Assembly (NCBI GenBank): GCA_964016885.1 | Contig: CAXHJY010000991.1 | Location: 24,346-88,345, forward strand | Direction of reading: 5' to 3' | Origin: Eledone cirrhosa | Lineage: Eukaryota | Length of the DNA: 64,000 nt | Shown: positions 28,781 through 39,872 of the stretch, one piece after another | Layout of the letters: every line of letters begins with the position of its first letter | How positions within the stretch are numbered: position 1 is the stretch's first letter | Made by a program: the position numbers and the translations under genes | Notes under the pieces: generated by a model | The model's database searches: none | Seen by the model: only the letters and a program-made list of their open reading frames with translations | What the model was told of the DNA's origin: nothing

Positions 28781-30001
28781 AGCACACAAATAAACACATA
28801 TCTTCAGTCTCAATAGAAAATCTGAACTCTGACACCTGAACTCTGACAGCTGGCCATATTCACTGAACCAGAACATTTCTCCCAATCCCTTTTCCCTTGA
28901 CCACTATCTCTCCATTGTCATAACATTCACTATAAAGACTACAGAATAGTTTTCCAAATAAGGGCGCAAAAATGTAATGAAAACTTGTTCACGTGACAGC
29001 AAAATTTCATTTATAACCAACCAAAAAAAAGCCTTCGTGAGCCTCATTTTTTCAAGTAAAAAGAAATTCAAACACTCATATATGAAAAAACAACCTGTGA
29101 CACCCCCCCCCCTCTCTTATTTGAAGAACTATTGTAACGCGAACTGGCGCGAAATTTATTATAATTATTGACAAACCAATCAAATTACTTCTCGAAAAAC
29201 CTGGTTTTCGAGCCACTTTTTCCATATAAAACAAGTAACATTTAGAGACCAACCAGATGTGAGAAAAACCACAGACCCTCCATCTCAACTCACCTTTTGA
29301 AAAGCAGAAGAACTGCGAAACCGGTAAAGGAACCAAATATATATATATATTTAAAAAAAAAATAAGACTTCAGTTGCATTTTCGATTTCATCCCTTTTTC
29401 TTTATACTTCCACTCGTGTAGGACACCTCGGTTATTTTTCATTTTGTAAAAAAAACCTTACTTTCTAATATATATATCTATATATATATATATATATCTA
29501 TATATATATCTATACATATATATATCTATATATATATATATCTATACATATATATCTATATATAGATATATATAGATATACATATCTATATAGATATATA
29601 TATCAATATCTCTCTCTCTCTATATATATATATATATCTATATATCTCTATCTATCTATATCTCTATCTCTATCTATCTATATATATATATATCTATATA
29701 TATCTATCTATATATATATATATATATATATCTATATATCTATCTATCTATCTATCTCTATCTATCTATCTCTATCTATATATATCTATCTATATCTATT
29801 TGTCTATATATCTATCTATATCTATCTATATATATATATATCTCTCTCTATATATATATCTATATCTATATATATCTATATATAATGATATATATATATC
29901 TATATATAATGATATATATATATCTATATATAATGATATATATATATCTATATATAATGATATATATATATATCTATATATAATGATATATATATATATA
30001 T

Positions 30002-30046
<45 letters not shown>

Positions 30047-30050
<4 letters not shown>

Positions 30051-30315
30051 AAAGTTTTATTTAAGATTGTTGGGTTACAACGAGTAAATATTTTATAACT
30101 GATCTAAAAGCACTCAACAGTTTCTGGAGTAGGTTTACGATATTAAACAAATGGAAACTATATTTATAAAACCATGTCACTAATTATTTATAAAACAGCT
30201 TATGTATTGTATTTTGTCTGAGGAAGGCATACCATATTTTTAATATGATATCACAGAAATATATATAACGAAATAAATATGGTTTTATAAATATAGTTTC
30301 CATTTGTTTAATATC

Positions 30316-30320
<5 letters not shown>
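30047..30320. mobile_element. Inverted-repeat PLE-like terminal element with HHR motif at 30211-30274 (+)
   Basis: 40-bp arms 30136-30175 / 30279-30318; attttgt-CTGAGGA...GAAATATATATA-acgaaat with the base of stem II decayed. Confidence 0.75.
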
Positions 30321-30406
<86 letters not shown>

Positions 30407-30561
30407 TATATATATATAGAGAGAGATATATAGAGAGAGATATATAGAGAGAGATATATATATATATAGAGAGAGAGAGAGATATATATATATATAGATA
30501 TATATATATATAGAGAGATATATATATATATATATATATAGATAGATATATATATATATAT

Positions 30562-30614
<53 letters not shown>

Positions 30615-30691
30615 TAAATATATATATATATATAGATATATATATATATAGAGAGAGAGAGATAAATATATATATATATAGATATATATAT

Positions 30692-30789
<98 letters not shown>

Positions 30790-30798
30790 ATATATATA

Positions 30799-30831
<33 letters not shown>

Positions 30832-31094
30832 CTATATATATATATATCTCTCTCTATATATATATATCTCTCTATATCTATATATATCTCTCTCTATATA
30901 TATATATCTCTCTATATATATATCTATATATATATATATCTATATATATCTCTCTCTATATATATATATCTCTCTATATATATATCTATATATATATATA
31001 TCTATATATATATATATATATATCTATATATATATATATATATCTATATCTATATATATATATATCTATATCTATATATATATATATCTATATA

Positions 31095-31133
<39 letters not shown>

Positions 31134-31188
31134 ATATATATATATATATATATCTATATATATATATATATATCTATATATCTATATA

Positions 31189-31231
<43 letters not shown>

Positions 31232-31232
31232 A

Positions 31233-31329
<97 letters not shown>

Positions 31330-31397
31330 ATATATATATATATATATATATCTATATATATATATATATATATATATATAATGTATATATCTATATA

Positions 31398-31840
31398 TAC
31401 ATTATGAAGAGAGAAGAAACATTTAGATATAATTAGTAATAAAATGTATCATACCTAAATTCCTCTTCATGGTTATAGGGGGCTTAGCTCTGTTTCTCGA
31501 CCGTTATATCGCGTGACTATCTCCCCCCTCCGCGTGTAGACGCGTTCTTGAGACTAGTAAAATGAGGTATCCTCTTGATAAGTCGGCAGACCTCGCAAGG
31601 ACTCTATATCTTTGATATATTGTTTTTGTTTATGCCACGAAACTACGTAGTCGAGGAATTTAGGAACGGTTTAGGTATGATACATTTTATTACTAATTAT
31701 ATCTAAATGTTTCTTCTCTTTTCATAATGTATTTTTAACTCTGATACTGGTTCAGTCTGGTTCAAACTGAATTGGTCTGTCCCAGTCATTCATTGAGCAA
31801 CATCGGTGAAGTTGGCACCCTTAACTCACAGTTGGGTGCG
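31398..31840 (+). mobile_element. Non-coding element with ~62-bp inverted arms (31398-31459 / 31670-31731) around an HHR
   Basis: Arms differ by one base; inserted next to TA repeat. Confidence 0.8.
31570..31657 (+). ncRNA. Type I hammerhead with U3:A8 covariant core and long stem II (predicted cleavage after 31652)
   Basis: tcctc-TTGATAA-gtcggcagac...gtttatgccac-GAA-ACTACGTAGT-C-gagga; perfect 5-bp stem I, 10-nt palindromic stem III, GUC site. Confidence 0.8.
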
Positions 31841-31898
31841 GATGCATTCATGTATATATGTGTGTGTCCGCATGTATCTGTGTGTTTCTAAATATATA

Positions 31899-31961
<63 letters not shown>

Positions 31962-32406
31962 ATATATATATCTATATATATATCTATATATATATATATC
32001 TATATATATATATATCTATATATATATATATATATCTATATATATATATATCTATATATATATATATCTATATATATATATCTATATATCTATATATATA
32101 TATATATATCTATATATATCTACATATATATATATATATATCTTTATATATCTATATATCTATATATATCTATATCTATATATATCTACATATATATATA
32201 TATATATCTATATATATCTACATATATATATATATATATCTATATATATCTATATATATATATATATCTATATATATCTACATATATATATATATATATC
32301 TATATATATCTACATATATATATATATATATCTATATATATCTACATATATATATATATATATCTATATATATCTACATATATATATATATATATCTATA
32401 TATATC

Positions 32407-32437
<31 letters not shown>

Positions 32438-33020
32438 CTACATATATATATATCTATATCTATATATATCTACATATATATATATCTATATATATATCTA
32501 TATCTACATATATATATATCTATATCTACATATATATATATCTATATCTACATATATATATCTATATCTACATATATATATATCTATCTATATCTATATA
32601 TATCTAAATCTATATATATCTATATCTATATATATCTAAATCTATATATATCTATATCTATATATATCTAAATCTATATATATCTACATATATATATATC
32701 TATATATATCTATATATCTATATATCTATCTATCTATATATATATCTATCTATATATATATATCTATATATCTATCTATCTATATATATATATATATCTA
32801 TATATCTCTGGGATGGACACACGCGTATAACTTGCTGAGTAAGTTCTGTTTAAATTTCTATAGAAATTCTTGTCTGATAACTTTAATTTTTGTACCATTT
32901 TGTAGAGGGACTGCCAGGTCAAACTTTGATCTGGTCAGTCTCTCAAAATATTCTACGCCTTTAGGCGAAATAGTTAAAAAAAAAAAGTTTTTTCTTGTTG
33001 AAAAGTCAATATTTTTTTAA

Positions 33021-34812
33021 ATGGCCGAAGCTTCTTCACCAAAATTCGAAGGAGGAAAGGGGAAGATGAACTTACAGCTTCCCCCTGCCACTGTCACAGT
33101 AGCAGAGGTCAAGAAGATAGGTCAGCCAGAGGAAGAATTCTCTCCACCTGTTAACCGACAACTTGACGTTGCCATTGCAACAACCCAAAGAACCAGCAGC
33201 AACAGCAACAACAACAACAATGCGACGGACGAAAACAACACCAATAACAATAACAATAACAACAACAAGACCAATAACGGTGACAACAACAACAATGATA
33301 ACAACAACACCACCAACGACAACAACAACACAAACAAACAAAATTTCTCCTTCGCCGAGACGACAAGGAAAACCCTCGACTATCTGCCAGTAGATATAAC
33401 AAAAGCGAAGGAGCTACTGGCGGATGCGAAAAAATATATAGTGTACGGGGAAAATGGTTCATTCACAATCCATTCCCCCCCCCCCGGAACTAAAAAGCCA
33501 GAGACTCCTAAACACGGTCATGTTTAGGACAATCTCGAACAAAAGTAAAAAACCAGCTCAACCATCACAGAGCGAGATAGAGCTGGTTTTAAAAGACGTC
33601 ATGAAGGACATCACCTTCATTCAGAAGGATAGACTCTACGGGAGTCTATCCATTCTCATGAAGGACAGGGACACAGCAGTGAAACTGTCCATCAAACCAA
33701 TCACATCCACCGCATACACCTTCTACCCTACGTACATGGGTAGAAGAACACAAAAAATAAAAATCCACACCATCCTGCCGATTATGGACATATGGTGGGT
33801 TTTGACAGGTTTTCTGGACCTGGAGGATGACATGCTGGTGTCCATGGGAAAGGCATCGGGTGACGCGTTCAGTGGAACGAGCCTCGAACTTGTAGTTCAA
33901 ATGAGGCCCGAAAGGATCGCCCAGATCCCTGAACGCGTCATACTGGATGATCTAACCTTCATCAACATTACCGTTGAGGGTAGACGGCCCTCGTGTTACC
34001 TCTGCGGAACCAGAGGTCACCTGAGGGCTGTCTGTCCCCAACTTAATAAGAAAACCCCAATCCTGCCTACACCACCAACAACTGCACAACCAACACAATC
34101 ACCACAACTACCACTACAAAAACAACCACCACAGCTCAAACCAAAACAAAACAATGTCCAACCCATCCCCTCCACTCAAAAAACAAAAACAATTTCCAAA
34201 ACATCCGTACCGCAAACACAACCCGAAAATATACCCCTCCCCTCCAACGCGGAAGATGACCCTAGTTCGTCGTCAGACGAGGAGGAGCACTTCTACACGA
34301 TCAAAAGAAAAAAAAGAAAACACACCTCAGACACACAAATGAAAAAAAACCCTCCCCAAAACATAACACTGACACCAACACAAAAGAGCTCACAACAGCA
34401 AACAAAAAACACCACACAAAAACAAAAGCATGCATACACATACATAAATACAAGAAACAAAAAACTGTTAAACATTGTGTACAACAACAATCTAATAAAA
34501 ACACAAGGGCCTAACTTCACCCAGGCAGGGGATTTCCCCCACCTCAAAATGATTAAGGCCCCACAGGACACCTATAAAACTTTAAAAAACAATTTTAAAG
34601 AGGACGTGGGTCCCCCCTGCGTCGGGCCCATTAACCGCGTCCTCCTAAAAAACTATCCCACCCCCTCCCCAAACACCCTCACAACTCCAAGCTCCCCAAC
34701 CACACAACACACTGATGCCCCCACACTTCCACAAACCACCACCCCACCCAACAACCCATCCCCCACCCTAATGGAAATTGTGCAGCCCGATACCCGGGAC
34801 GCAGAGAGGTAA
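33021..34812 (+). CDS. ORF1 (gag-like nucleic-acid-binding protein); frameshift in the C-run at ~33475-33485
   Basis: CYLCGTRGHLRAVC zinc knuckle. There are 11 C here versus 7 C in copy 2, where the frame is open. Confidence 0.85.
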
Positions 34813-34836
34813 GTGCCTTTTCTCTTCACCACCAAC

Positions 34837-37800
34837 ATGGCTATGCTAAGAGTAGGCTGTTTAAATGCGCGTGGCCTGGGCTCAACTTGGAAGCAAGCAA
34901 TGCTTCTAAATGACCTCAGGTCACAACGTATAGATGTGATGGTTATTTGCGAGGCCCGGATCAGCAACGTGCGACAGCTGTCCCCCACCTTTGATGACTT
35001 TGAGATGCACGCATCTCTCTGTCAGCCCGGAGGTGGGGGTGGAGTTGTCGTTCTGCTGCAAAAACATCTGGGTCTCGCAACACAGATGGTACATTTGGAC
35101 CCGGAGGGTCGACTAGTGGTTCTGGACCTTGGCAGTGGTAAAGGCGGAGCGTTTAGGTTGGTAGCCGCCTACGGCCCTTTCGGGTCAATGCGGCCGGACT
35201 TCTTCCATCGTCTGGAGACTTTTCTAGGGACGTCCCGCTCCTTGCTATTAGTGGGGGACTGGAATGGTATCCTAGATGCACGCTGGGACTACGTAGGGGC
35301 CTGCCCCGATAGAGAGGGGTGTAATAGCCTCAAAGGGTTAATCGGTCGATTTGACCTGGCCGATAGATATCGACTAGATTTTCCGACTGCGCCAACCTGG
35401 ACTTGGGCAAATCGTAGCGGATCATCTAGGTCGTACCTAGATAGGTTCTTAGTTAGAATTAAGGATAAGGACTTTTTAAGTTGTCCAAAAATGCGCATGG
35501 TTGGCTATTCAGACCACAAATTAGTGACCTGCATGGTCAACCTTGACAGAACTCATAGACAGGGCCCCGGTTACTGGAAGCTCAACTTGTCCTTGCCGGC
35601 AAGTAGAGCCTACAGGAATCGGATTAGTACGTTAGTTAAGGAACGGTTGACTGGAGCGATCGTCAACAGCAGGTGGTGGGTATCTCTAAAGAGAGAGATT
35701 AGAGTAGTCTCGATAGAATTTAGTAAGGTTCTAGCTGCGGATAGGAATAGGAAGGAAAGGGAGCTAATAGATAGAGTAGAAGAGGCAATTAGAAGCGGCG
35801 ACGTGGCCAGAGTGCTAGCGTCGAGAACGGCTTTGAGCCAGTTTTTCGACGCGAAGCACGAAGGCTGCGTTGTCCGAAGTAAAATACGTGCTCTAGGGAA
35901 CGAGGGGACCAAAGCTGTTAGCTGGGCCCGCGTGACAGAGGCCAACAGTGGAACTAAATCCACCATCCGGTCTTTGCGAGACCTGGATGGACGGGCGATT
36001 CTTGAGCCTAAGCAGATGTGTGAGGCCTTTCAAAGGCACTTTGCCCGACTGTTCGGGAGGGGCGGGGAGCCGGTTGGGAACGTGGACTTCGGTCCATACC
36101 TCGACGGCCTGCCGCGCCTCTCGGATAGGGAGGCGAAGTCCTGCGAGGAGCCGATTTCGGCCGCTGTGATAGAGGACGTGCTGAGCCAATGCGGCAAACG
36201 CAAATCCCCGGGTCTCGATGGTCTTCCTTACGAATTATATCTAGCTATGCCGGACTTGTTCCCCGATCTCCTCGAGGCGGTCTACTGCAACTGGCAACAG
36301 AACGGGAGAATTCCCTGTACTGTGACCAAGGGCGTAGTCACGCTAGTGAGGAAGGACGAGAACAAGGGGGACGAAATAAGTAACTTCAGGCCCATAACTC
36401 TGCTAAATACAGAGTTACAGATTTTGGCCAAGGTGCTAGCAAAGAGGTTGGCGCTTGTCGTGGGCAACCTGGTGGGAGATGCGCAGACATGCGCTATCCC
36501 GTCCAGGTCCATCCATGACAACCTCCACCTCATGCGATACATCATAGAGAGGGTTGGGAACGAACCCGGCTTTGGTGGGGCTCTGATCAACTTGGATCAA
36601 TCTAAGGCGTTCGATAGGGTCGACCATGGTTACCTGGATGCGGTGCTAGCGGCGGCAGGCTTCGGACCCGTTTTCAGGGGCTGGATCACTGCTATGCACA
36701 GCAGCCGCATCTGCTCTAGGGTCAAGGTGAACGGCTACCTCTCGGAGCCGTTCAAAATCGCGCGGTCCATCCGACAAGGGTGCCCTCTCTCCTCCCTTCT
36801 GTATGTGTTGACTCTCGAGCCACTACTGCGGAAGTTGGAGTTGTTGCAGGGCATCCCTTTGGAACCGGGATTGCGGAAAGCGGTGTCGGCCTACGCCGAT
36901 GACGTGACAGTAATGGTGTCGACGGCCTCCGAAATCGAGGCGGTCGGCACCTTACTGGAGGAGTACGAAAAGTTCACAGGGGCTAAGCTGAACCGGGACA
37001 AGTCGATCGGTTTGCAACTCGGCACGTGGAGGGGCAGACCGATGCCCTCCGATAGCGTCGTCGGGCGCTGGACGGAGGGCCCGGTGAAGTTGCTCGGGGT
37101 CTGGTTCGGACCGGACCTCCAGGTGGAGAAAAACTGGGCGGAGGTTACGAACAGGGTGTTTGCACTGACCCAGAAGTGGGCCAGTTGCAAACTATCCCTG
37201 AAAGGTCGGGCGGAGGTGGCGAACACCTACATAGCGTCCGTCATCTACTACCGCCTGACCGTAGTGCCCTGCCCAAGGGAAACCCTCACCAAGATGGAGC
37301 GCGCGCTCTTCCAATTCCTTTGGAAGAGGCGGGCTCCTATGGTGAGGAGATCCATCTGCTGTCAACGCCCTTCGAAAGGAGGGCTGGGGATGCCGTGGCT
37401 AATGATGCGTAAACACGCATTAAGGCTACGGCACCTCTACGTATTCCTCACCGGACAACCGGTGTGGGCCTCGTTTGTGAGACGAACCTTTCCCAGACTC
37501 GTCTCACTCACCGAGCTGCAATCCTGGGTCAAGCAAAGACCGAGAAAACTGGGCGCCTGGCACACTGAGTGTGCCCAGGCGCTCACCGCCCTCTGGCAGG
37601 CGGATCCGGTTGTCAGTGGAGACTCCACCGCAACATTCTATAGAGGGCTGGTACGCAGCAGGTGCGACGACGCCCTCGGAGAAGCCCTAGACATGGAGGA
37701 GGACGAACTGGCCAGCCTGTTCGGTAGGACATTCAGCCCGGGACCTATGGACAACTTCCAGAAGTCCCTGGCCTGGCAGTGCTACCGAGGGGCTTTACCC

Positions 37801-38274
37801 GTTCGAGAAAGGCTCTACAGACACGGGCGCCCGGGTAGGGACCCCGCCAAAAAGATCTGTCCCAGATGCGTGTGCGACGAGGAAACCGTTGCACACGCAT
37901 TAGTACACTGCTCGGGCGTAGCCGATCTGTGGGGCTATGTCGAACAACTGCTGTCAAGGGTGGGACCGATCCGGTTGACCACCGAGTCTATTGTAATGAT
38001 CAAGCCGCCTCCCCCCTTCAAAGATGAAGCAGAGGCGGTGTTTCTGTGCGTAATAGCCATGGCGAAAGAGGTTGTATGGTGGACGCGTCTGAAAGGACTG
38101 AGGTCGGGCACCTTTCTCTCTGGCCAACAACTGGTCCGTTTCTTCCGATATCATTTCGGAAGAAGGATCAGGATGGAGAGAGAGGTGCTGCACCCCAGCC
38201 GTTTCTATGAAAGATGGGTGAAAGTGGCGAGAATGGCCCGTGTGAATGGGCCTTCACTCTACATCAGACTATAG
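34837..38274 (+). CDS. ORF2: AP endonuclease + reverse transcriptase + Cys-rich C-terminus, intact (1145 aa from ATG)
   Basis: GCLNARGL, VGDWN, SYLDRF, YSDH; KSPGLDG, FRPITLLN, LDQSKAFDRV, RQGCPLS, AYADD; CPRC...HALVHC. Confidence 0.97.
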   Translation: MAMLRVGCLNARGLGSTWKQAMLLNDLRSQRIDVMVICEARISNVRQLSPTFDDFEMHASLCQPGGGGGVVVLLQKHLGLATQMVHLDPEGRLVVLDLGSGKGGAFRLVAAYGPFGSMRPDFFHRLETFLGTSRSLLLVGDWNGILDARWDYVGACPDREGCNSLKGLIGRFDLADRYRLDFPTAPTWTWANRSGSSRSYLDRFLVRIKDKDFLSCPKMRMVGYSDHKLVTCMVNLDRTHRQGPGYWKLNLSLPASRAYRNRISTLVKERLTGAIVNSRWWVSLKREIRVVSIEFSKVLAADRNRKERELIDRVEEAIRSGDVARVLASRTALSQFFDAKHEGCVVRSKIRALGNEGTKAVSWARVTEANSGTKSTIRSLRDLDGRAILEPKQMCEAFQRHFARLFGRGGEPVGNVDFGPYLDGLPRLSDREAKSCEEPISAAVIEDVLSQCGKRKSPGLDGLPYELYLAMPDLFPDLLEAVYCNWQQNGRIPCTVTKGVVTLVRKDENKGDEISNFRPITLLNTELQILAKVLAKRLALVVGNLVGDAQTCAIPSRSIHDNLHLMRYIIERVGNEPGFGGALINLDQSKAFDRVDHGYLDAVLAAAGFGPVFRGWITAMHSSRICSRVKVNGYLSEPFKIARSIRQGCPLSSLLYVLTLEPLLRKLELLQGIPLEPGLRKAVSAYADDVTVMVSTASEIEAVGTLLEEYEKFTGAKLNRDKSIGLQLGTWRGRPMPSDSVVGRWTEGPVKLLGVWFGPDLQVEKNWAEVTNRVFALTQKWASCKLSLKGRAEVANTYIASVIYYRLTVVPCPRETLTKMERALFQFLWKRRAPMVRRSICCQRPSKGGLGMPWLMMRKHALRLRHLYVFLTGQPVWASFVRRTFPRLVSLTELQSWVKQRPRKLGAWHTECAQALTALWQADPVVSGDSTATFYRGLVRSRCDDALGEALDMEEDELASLFGRTFSPGPMDNFQKSLAWQCYRGALPVRERLYRHGRPGRDPAKKICPRCVCDEETVAHALVHCSGVADLWGYVEQLLSRVGPIRLTTESIVMIKPPPPFKDEAEAVFLCVIAMAKEVVWWTRLKGLRSGTFLSGQQLVRFFRYHFGRRIRMEREVLHPSRFYERWVKVARMARVNGPSLYIRL

Positions 38275-38556
38275 GTGAGGAAGATGAAAGACCAAGGGAG
38301 CACCCATTCTCTGTGCTCCTGAGGAGAAGGGTTGCACACTTTTTTCGGGGGTGTGTGCGACCCCCCAAGGCGCCTCCTCTCTATTGAGGATTTTGTTAAA
38401 AATTTTATTTTTTGTTATATCTTATTTTATTTTTATATTTTGTTATTGCCTCCTCCTTATTGAGGACGCCTTTTTGTGTAAACTCCCCCCATTGTACTTG
38501 TCCCACTTTTGATGCCCTAGTGGCAAATAAAAGAAATATATCTATCTATCTATCTA

Positions 38557-38631
<75 letters not shown>

Positions 38632-38649
38632 ATATATATATATATATAT

Positions 38650-38842
38650 ATAGGAACCAGTAAGACCCCGACAGCTGAGCTCAAGCCGTTTCGACGGCTA
38701 ATTCTGGACTAGAATTAGCCATCGAAACGGCTTGAGCTCAGCTGTCGGGGTCTTACTGGTTCCTATTACCCACTCTACTACCTCAAGTATTGAGTACTTT
38801 GGTGCGTTATGGTCCACCTGGTTCCTTACCACATTTCCTTCG

Positions 38843-38843
<1 letters not shown>
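38650..38843 (+). mobile_element. Fold-back PLE-like fragment: 56-bp inverted repeat (38650-38705 / 38711-38766) carrying the 3' half of an HHR
   Basis: One mismatch, 5-nt spacer; GAA-ACGGCT-tgagctc-AGCTGT-C-gggg; TA repeat on both sides. Confidence 0.8.
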
Positions 38844-38915
<72 letters not shown>

Positions 38916-38919
<4 letters not shown>

Positions 38920-39370
38920 CTATGGTGAAAGAAGTTATATGGTGGACGAGGTTGAGAGGACTGAGGACAGATGCCTTTCTCTCCGGACAACAATTGATTC
39001 CCTTCTTTAAGTATCACTTTAGAAGGAGAATCAGGGTGGAGAGAGAGGCACTGCACCCCAGTAAATTTACTGAAAGGTGGGTGAATGAAGCGAAAATGGC
39101 CCGAGTGATTGGGCCTTCTCTGTTTATAAGCCTGTAGGTTGAGGAAGAGAGCAAAAGGAAGAAAGGAGCACTTGCACAACACGCTCCTTGAGTTGAGGGT
39201 TGTTCTATCGACGGGGTATTAAACAACCCATTTGAGGCGCCTCCCCCTATTGGGGATTTCGATTGTTGAAATTGTTTGTTTTTTATATTTTTTACACGAC
39301 TGTATGTAAAATCCCCGGCATGTCTTTGTATTGTCCCTTTTCTTGTTGCGCCCTTGTGGCTAATAAAGAA
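38916..39370 (+). mobile_element. 5'-truncated copy of a related Tx1/L1 subfamily (ORF2 end + 3'UTR)
   Basis: LAMVKEVIWWTRLRGLRTDAFLSGQQL... homologous to the ORF2 C-terminus; ends gtggctaataaagaaa. Confidence 0.9.
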
Positions 39371-39403
39371 ATCTATATATATCTATCTATATATATATAT
39401 ATA

Positions 39404-39448
<45 letters not shown>

Positions 39449-39621
39449 ATATATATCTATATATATATCTATATCTATATATATATCTATATCTATATAT
39501 ATATCTATATCTATATATATCTATCTATATATATCTATATATATATATATCTATATATATCTATATCTATATATATCTATATATATCTATATCTATCTAT
39601 ATCTATATATATCTATATCTA

Positions 39622-39654
<33 letters not shown>

Positions 39655-39872
39655 CTGGGATGGACACACGCGTATAACTTGCTGAGTAAGTTCTGTTTAA
39701 ATTTCTATAGAAATTCTTGTCTGATAACTTTAATTTTTGTACCATTTTGTAGAGGGACTGCCATGTCAAACTTTGATCTGGTCTGTCTCTCAAAATATTC
39801 TACGCCTTTAGGCGAAATAGTTAAACAAAAAAAAAAAAGTTTTTTCTTGTTGCAAAGTCAATATTTTTTTAA

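Larger units (their letters stand above)
29468..32805. repeat. Compound (TA)n/(TATC)n/(GA)n microsatellite field hosting two small insertions
   Basis: Direct inspection. Confidence 0.95.
32806..38536 (+). mobile_element. Full-length Tx1/L1-clade non-LTR retrotransposon, copy 1
   Basis: 5'UTR, ORF1 with CCHC knuckle, ORF2 APE-RT, 3'UTR ending aataaaagaaa into (TATC)n. Confidence 0.95.

Noticed and set aside
29115-29170. ttgaaga...cgcgaactggcgcgaaattt as a candidate HHR of the 28.2-kb PLE fragment
   Set aside because: The core has an uncompensated U3 and stem II does not close against the core.
35289-38193. Antisense and alternate-frame ORFs inside the LINE ORF2 (and their copy 2 equivalents)
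   Set aside because: Expected shadows of a GC-rich coding sequence; no independent motifs.
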